Source: Andalucia godoyi And28 (taxonomy: Eukaryota > Protista > Jakobida). Taken from it: a stretch of 64,000 nucleotides of DNA. Numbering within the stretch: the stretch's first letter is position 1; each line of letters starts with the position of its first letter. Shown here in pieces: positions 59,250 to 64,000 of this stretch. The notes below the pieces were generated by a model, which had not been told where the DNA came from, searched no databases, and saw only the letters and a program-made list of their open reading frames with translations. Made by a program: the position numbers and the translations under genes. The DNA lies in contig VRVR01000031.1 of the NCBI GenBank assembly GCA_009859145.1, positions 186,001 through 250,000 of the forward strand, given 5' to 3'.

Positions 59250-61121
59250 ATGGGAACAGAATGTCAGCTTCCCGCTCTAGGGGCTTCGGTGTTGCTCGCG
59301 TGTTTTTCATTCATATTGCTGGTGCTAGGATGCAACCGCCGCGAGAATCATTCCGATTCGGTGTCAAAGCCAGTGACACTAGAGTATGGCGGGAAGACGT
59401 ATATAGGAGGGTGGCCATCAGTGAACAGCGACATGCAGATTGCTACGGCTTGCTTGGGACTTGCCGTATCTGCGCTTTCCATTGCATTTCGACAACGAAT
59501 TCGCATTGAAACGCTCTTTGCTCTCTGCGTTGTTTCGCTTTGCGCATTCGCAGTTGGGCTGGCAGCCTGCATACTGGATGCACAGGAAGTCCAGAGTGCG
59601 ATGGATGACTGTAAAAAGAATAGCGCGGCGACAAACTGCGAGAATTCAGAGTACGTGTATGTCGCGGTTTCCGACATTTTTGTTGCGTTTCTGAGTTTTT
59701 GCGTAGCGGCGCTGTTTGCAGCCGAGGTTGGACGAAAGCAGGACGAAAAGGTCGCCCCGCAGAACACGCATTCAAAGCTGGAATGCCCAGATGGCGTTGC
59801 TCCGACAGTTGATCAACCATCTGTGCACACGAGGCTGCCAAGCAACCTCGTAGTCCAGGCTGTCACAAGCGCCCCGGCAGCAATGGGCGGCCAGACTGCT
59901 CATCATGGACAATCTGGCCAACAGCATGCAGACGGCACAAAGAAGCAAGAGTCAGTCGTTGCACCCGTTGGTGCTCCAGGTGGTGACACTCCAGAAAAGA
60001 AGACACCGCAATTTGCAGATCCCGTTTTGGAAGCGCCATCGCAAGCCGTCGCTACACAGGATCTGCCACCACAAAATCCTCAGCAGGAAGTGATGCAACC
60101 AGCACAGAATGCCAACGTTGTCGAAAGTGTTCTTACAGAGGAGCCTGCCGCGGCCGATTCGTCATCAGAACGTACGTTGCCAGCAGAATCTCGAGCGCCC
60201 CTTCAGCGTACGGCGGAGTGCGACGTCACGAGCAGCAGGCCGTCGTTTGCGTCGGAAAATGGCTCTGTTTCACAATTGTTGCCACGGCTGGCTTCAAAAT
60301 CGAGCATGTCGCCGACACCCGAGGACGCATCGTCGGCTGGAGCCACGCCGAGGAGCGCGGAAAGGGAAGTGAGCGGAATCCCACCAAGCTTGCAGGGTGT
60401 AACACCTTCACTTGGCGCCGTGTTACGTTCTGGAGAGGAAGGAAGAAAGGGAGTTCTTGTCGTGGATTCTCTTCAAGGCCAGAGTGCCATGCAGGCGTTC
60501 ATTGCGGACGGCGACTACATTACGCATATTGCTGGCCAGTCCGTTGAGAACCGATCCGACGTTAATCTCATCTTGGCGAACTACAATCCTGGGGATGTTG
60601 TGGATGTTGCAGTCTTACGTGGGACGGGCCTCGGAGAAGAAGTTTCTCAGCTTGAAATCGGTGGTCAAGGTCTGTCGCTGCTGCAGGTTCGAAAGTTCAG
60701 AGAGCAAGCAGGAATGCCCGTTTGCCCACGTCCTCTTTGGACCACTGAATCTGCACTTGCAGCAATCACGATCTTGCGTCCTTGGACTGGTTTTCTCTGC
60801 AAGCATATCGGCTCGGAGCTGCAGATCACCGCAATTGCAGAGGAGTCCCCTGCAGCGAGGGCAAAGCCTGCCCTCGAGAAAGGTATGGTGGTCGTGGCGA
60901 TCGATCGGAAGAAAGTGGACTCCTTGCAGCTCCTCGAATCTGAGCTTTCCACAAAAGCCGCCGGCGAGGTGGTTGTCTTTGAATGCCGTCGGTCGGGCGC
61001 TTCGCAGACATCTTTCTTTTCTCAAGTGGAGCTGGGAGTTGAAGGAAGATCTGTATCTGAAATCCGCTGTCTCCGTGAACTCGCTGGATTCAAAGCTGTT
61101 TCGCAAACCGGCAGGAGCTAG
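59250..61121 (+). CDS. Four-TM membrane protein with two C-terminal PDZ-like domains
   Basis: Four hydrophobic helices in aa 1-160; GVLVVDSLQGQSA..GDYITHIAGQSV and LQITAIAEESPAARA..GMVVVAIDRKKV. Confidence 0.7.
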   Translation: MGTECQLPALGASVLLACFSFILLVLGCNRRENHSDSVSKPVTLEYGGKTYIGGWPSVNSDMQIATACLGLAVSALSIAFRQRIRIETLFALCVVSLCAFAVGLAACILDAQEVQSAMDDCKKNSAATNCENSEYVYVAVSDIFVAFLSFCVAALFAAEVGRKQDEKVAPQNTHSKLECPDGVAPTVDQPSVHTRLPSNLVVQAVTSAPAAMGGQTAHHGQSGQQHADGTKKQESVVAPVGAPGGDTPEKKTPQFADPVLEAPSQAVATQDLPPQNPQQEVMQPAQNANVVESVLTEEPAAADSSSERTLPAESRAPLQRTAECDVTSSRPSFASENGSVSQLLPRLASKSSMSPTPEDASSAGATPRSAEREVSGIPPSLQGVTPSLGAVLRSGEEGRKGVLVVDSLQGQSAMQAFIADGDYITHIAGQSVENRSDVNLILANYNPGDVVDVAVLRGTGLGEEVSQLEIGGQGLSLLQVRKFREQAGMPVCPRPLWTTESALAAITILRPWTGFLCKHIGSELQITAIAEESPAARAKPALEKGMVVVAIDRKKVDSLQLLESELSTKAAGEVVVFECRRSGASQTSFFSQVELGVEGRSVSEIRCLRELAGFKAVSQTGRS

Positions 61122-61238
61122 TCCCACAGCTCGTTGTTCCCCCAAAAATCTCTAGACGTATCCATCTTGCAATGAATCACTGTTTATTATTATTATTATT
61201 ATTATTATTACGGATCCAACATGGACAGCTCCTTTGCA

Positions 61239-62846
61239 TCAATCAACATCTTCGCCGTCTTCTTCAGAAACCGATGCATCGTTCTCGTTCTCGTTCTCGT
61301 TCTCGTCATATCCTTCCCAACGTCCAGCTCGAACGGCAGCAATGATCTGCTGAACCTCGAGTGTTTCTTGCTCATTGAGCTCCGCAGCATCAGCATACGG
61401 GGACTCGTGGACAAACAAAGAGCGCCCAAAGGGCAGAGCGGGATCCTTTCGCTCTGGCGGTTCAACATAGTCCCACGCAACGATGTTGCCGTCCCATCCC
61501 GAAGTGACAAGAAGTGGCAAAAAAGGATGCCAGGAAACATCCCGAACGATGTAAGAATGGAATGTCTTGGAAGACACCGTTCTTCCGGAGAGAATGTCGT
61601 ACACCACGACAGATCCATCGGCAGAGCCAGTATAAATGTACTGCTGCCCGGTTGTTTCTCGAGGAGAAAAACGCGCACGAATAAGAGTACCAGTCAGCGT
61701 GTGCGAGCCGCAATACGTCATTACGGACGTGTCGCTTGGGTGGACCGGTGCATCTTCAATGTTAAAGCCCACATTGCCATAGCGATAGTCATGATGGAGC
61801 AGACCTGCTGCCTGAACATCATCCTGCGAAATGGTCGAAGACGCACGACGAAGATCCCACAGTTTAATCGTTTGATCTTTGCTCGACGACAGGAAGTACC
61901 GTCCGTCTCCTCGAGAATCCAAGTACGCAACACCCGCCAAATGGCCCATGAACATCCCGGAAGGAACATGAAATTCCGGAGATCTCCTATCCCACAGACA
62001 GATGAGTCCGTCGTCGCCGCCGGAAACAAAGACATTTCCCGTCTCGTCTGCAACCGCCAGAGCATTTGCGTCGTCCGTGTGCCCCCGTCGCACCCGGATT
62101 CGCTCTCCATTCACGACATCCACCTCGAACAAAAATCCACCCGAAGTCCCACACACCACAGTTCCTGTCCGGGCCGCAAACCGGACGGAAAACACGCACA
62201 TTGCTTCGTCGGCACCGAACTCGTCATCACTCACTCCGAGGTCAATCGACTTGCCCCGCAGTTGCTGCGGGCTCCCAAGCCCGGACCGCTTGGACAGAGA
62301 TACGCTGTTCTCTACCGAACCATCGCTTGTCGCAGGCTCCTCTGCTGGTGGAGCATCTGACTTTGCCATGGAGAAGCAGTACAAAGAAGACCCCCAATGG
62401 GCAGAAACACCGACGGAGTCGTCGGGGCTGAACGCAACATCCGCAATTGCCCATCCACTAAAAGGAACCGACAGGCTTAGAAACGGACTGGCTTTCCGCT
62501 TCTCGGACATGGCCTGCTCGATCTCTGCCGTCTCAAACAACTTCACCTGGTTCGTCTGCTGAGCAGCCATGAACACGTCTCCCGAATGCGAAAACGCGCC
62601 GCAAAAGACCCGCGAAGATGCATGATGTACACACTGCGCTGGATGGTTTGGGATGAGGTTCGACAGCACTGCCCGGTACGGCGCAGGCGAGCGCGAGGAC
62701 GATCTCAGCGCAGACAGAACATCCGAGCCGCCTCCACCGCCCCCACTACTACGATCGCCGCGGCCCTGTGCCGAGCACAAAGAGGAGTGTTCCTGTCGAA
62801 GAAGCGTCTGCTGTCCAGCTGCATGCCGCGACACTGTAACTGGCAT
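61239..62846 (-). CDS. DCAF11: WD40 protein DCAF11/WDR23 (LEC14B-like)
   Basis: SRVFCGAFS, GHTDDANA, SGGDDGLICLWDRR, DSRGDGRYFLSSSKDQTIKLWDLR, TLIRARFSP..TGQQYIYTGS, VRDVSWHP. Confidence 0.9.
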   Translation of the reverse strand: MPVTVSRHAAGQQTLLRQEHSSLCSAQGRGDRSSGGGGGGSDVLSALRSSSRSPAPYRAVLSNLIPNHPAQCVHHASSRVFCGAFSHSGDVFMAAQQTNQVKLFETAEIEQAMSEKRKASPFLSLSVPFSGWAIADVAFSPDDSVGVSAHWGSSLYCFSMAKSDAPPAEEPATSDGSVENSVSLSKRSGLGSPQQLRGKSIDLGVSDDEFGADEAMCVFSVRFAARTGTVVCGTSGGFLFEVDVVNGERIRVRRGHTDDANALAVADETGNVFVSGGDDGLICLWDRRSPEFHVPSGMFMGHLAGVAYLDSRGDGRYFLSSSKDQTIKLWDLRRASSTISQDDVQAAGLLHHDYRYGNVGFNIEDAPVHPSDTSVMTYCGSHTLTGTLIRARFSPRETTGQQYIYTGSADGSVVVYDILSGRTVSSKTFHSYIVRDVSWHPFLPLLVTSGWDGNIVAWDYVEPPERKDPALPFGRSLFVHESPYADAAELNEQETLEVQQIIAAVRAGRWEGYDENENENENDASVSEEDGEDVD

Positions 62847-62998
62847 CTTCCGTTTCTTCCTTACAACGGCTATTTTCTTCTGTTAGAAATCAGCACGTGC
62901 AAATCCTCGGAGTCCCAGAACGCTTGACCTGGAAGAAACAAGACAAAAAAATATAATAAAATAATAATAATACAACACTACTGTTGTGAATCGCAGAT

Positions 62999-63367
62999 TC
63001 AATAAAACTCGACTTTGAAAAACACACCAACTTGAGTCCGCGGGTTTTCGTGGTTCTTGTGAAGGGATGCAAATTGCCCCGATCCGGTGGGCATTCCCCG
63101 CAAATGCCCCGACAGCCGCTCGCAGAACGCACGTTGCGGCGACGAAACCGAAACGGGATCCTCATATTGGGGATTCAGCTGCATTGTCGGCGAAAATTCC
63201 CCTTTGTGAGCGCCAGTCGATGTGTGGTTGGTTACCCATGCTTCGAGCCGGTTAACCACGCCCTCCTGCACTGCAAGCACCTTTCTAAAGCGCGACATAA
63301 ATGGGTAAACGGAGTCCGTCATTTGCTCAGTGCGTCGTTCAAAAATTGCTGATTTTAGCAGTGCCAT
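62999..63367 (-). CDS. Hypothetical protein (possibly an exon of a larger gene)
   Basis: Open frame of coding-like composition ending at an AT-rich spacer; no family recognised. Confidence 0.35.
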   Translation of the reverse strand: MALLKSAIFERRTEQMTDSVYPFMSRFRKVLAVQEGVVNRLEAWVTNHTSTGAHKGEFSPTMQLNPQYEDPVSVSSPQRAFCERLSGHLRGMPTGSGQFASLHKNHENPRTQVGVFFKVEFY

Positions 63368-63667
63368 GAAGGAGCGTTTCCTCAAATGCTTTTCGATATG
63401 GAGTGGCGATGCAAGATTTTTTTACTGTAGCCCTGAATGTGCGCAGATACTGTTTGAATTGCAGGAGGCGCGCACCTTCAGTGTTCAACGAGAGGCGTAT
63501 ACGGCTTTCTGCGGAATCACTTCTACCTGTTGCATGACTTCTGTGATGCACAGTAATAGTAATTCGCGGCTGTTTCCGGCTGCAGTCATACGGTTGATTA
63601 CTTGACCACTGTGCATCCGTACTGAGAAAATTAGTGTGTTCTTTTTTTTTTAAACACTAAACGTCCA

Positions 63668-64000
63668 CTACGGTCCTCCGAGACGACGATCACATGGAGA
63701 TTGGAGAAGCAAAGACCCCGATTGAAGCGTCCTACGGGTCCTTTTCATCTTTTGGGTAAATCCACTGTTGTTCGTATGTGCGAAGGGGGAAAGGGGTGAC
63801 AAATAATTTCTGAACAACGCAGTGCACCACCACCTTGACCTGTTTTTTCTGAAGAGTGTTGACGGGCGTATCGGCAGATGCGTGCGATCGCTTTTTCCAC
63901 AAACAGCTGCTTCACTTGAACACCATTTTTGGAACGCCGTTTTCTGCAACAGTGGTCCCCGTCTTCTTGAAAGTGCTGGCTTTTTGTTGTTGTATAAACA
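63668..64000 (-). CDS. Possible 3' end of a gene entering from the right edge
   Basis: Frame is open from the window end to the TAG at 63668-63670; no motif recognised. Confidence 0.3.
   Translation of the reverse strand, partial: CLYNNKKPALSRRRGPLLQKTAFQKWCSSEAAVCGKSDRTHLPIRPSTLFRKNRSRWWCTALFRNYLSPLSPFAHTNNSGFTQKMKRTRRTLQSGSLLLQSPCDRRLGGP

Overview
Gene-dense, intron-poor eukaryotic nuclear DNA from a flagellated protist: coding regions of about 50% GC, AT-rich microsatellite spacers, and centriolar genes (OFD1-like, CEP95-like). The exact lineage cannot be fixed from the sequence alone. The window holds about 37 protein genes and two tRNAs (Val-UAC, Asn-GUU). Genes the ORF track misses or splits are a SERCA-type Ca-ATPase running off the left edge, a spliced p31comet/MAD2L1BP, a 3-exon HGSNAT-like gene and a 3-exon orphan. 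Strongest novelty candidates: (1) a three-module enzyme at 36177-38780 with an active-looking GTP cyclohydrolase II domain lacking the ring-opening Tyr, a second Zn-less cyclohydrolase domain and a GlmS-type double-SIS isomerase; (2) a hairpin-rich ~0.5-0.6 kb non-coding element in two inverted copies (5524-6126 and 42133-42621) with G-U-compatible substitutions, GNRA/UUCG loops and hairpin-bearing indel modules; (3) a very divergent SNF2-RING helicase and other cell-cycle genes preceded by E2F-type sites. All protein assignments come from motif recognition by eye, not database searches.
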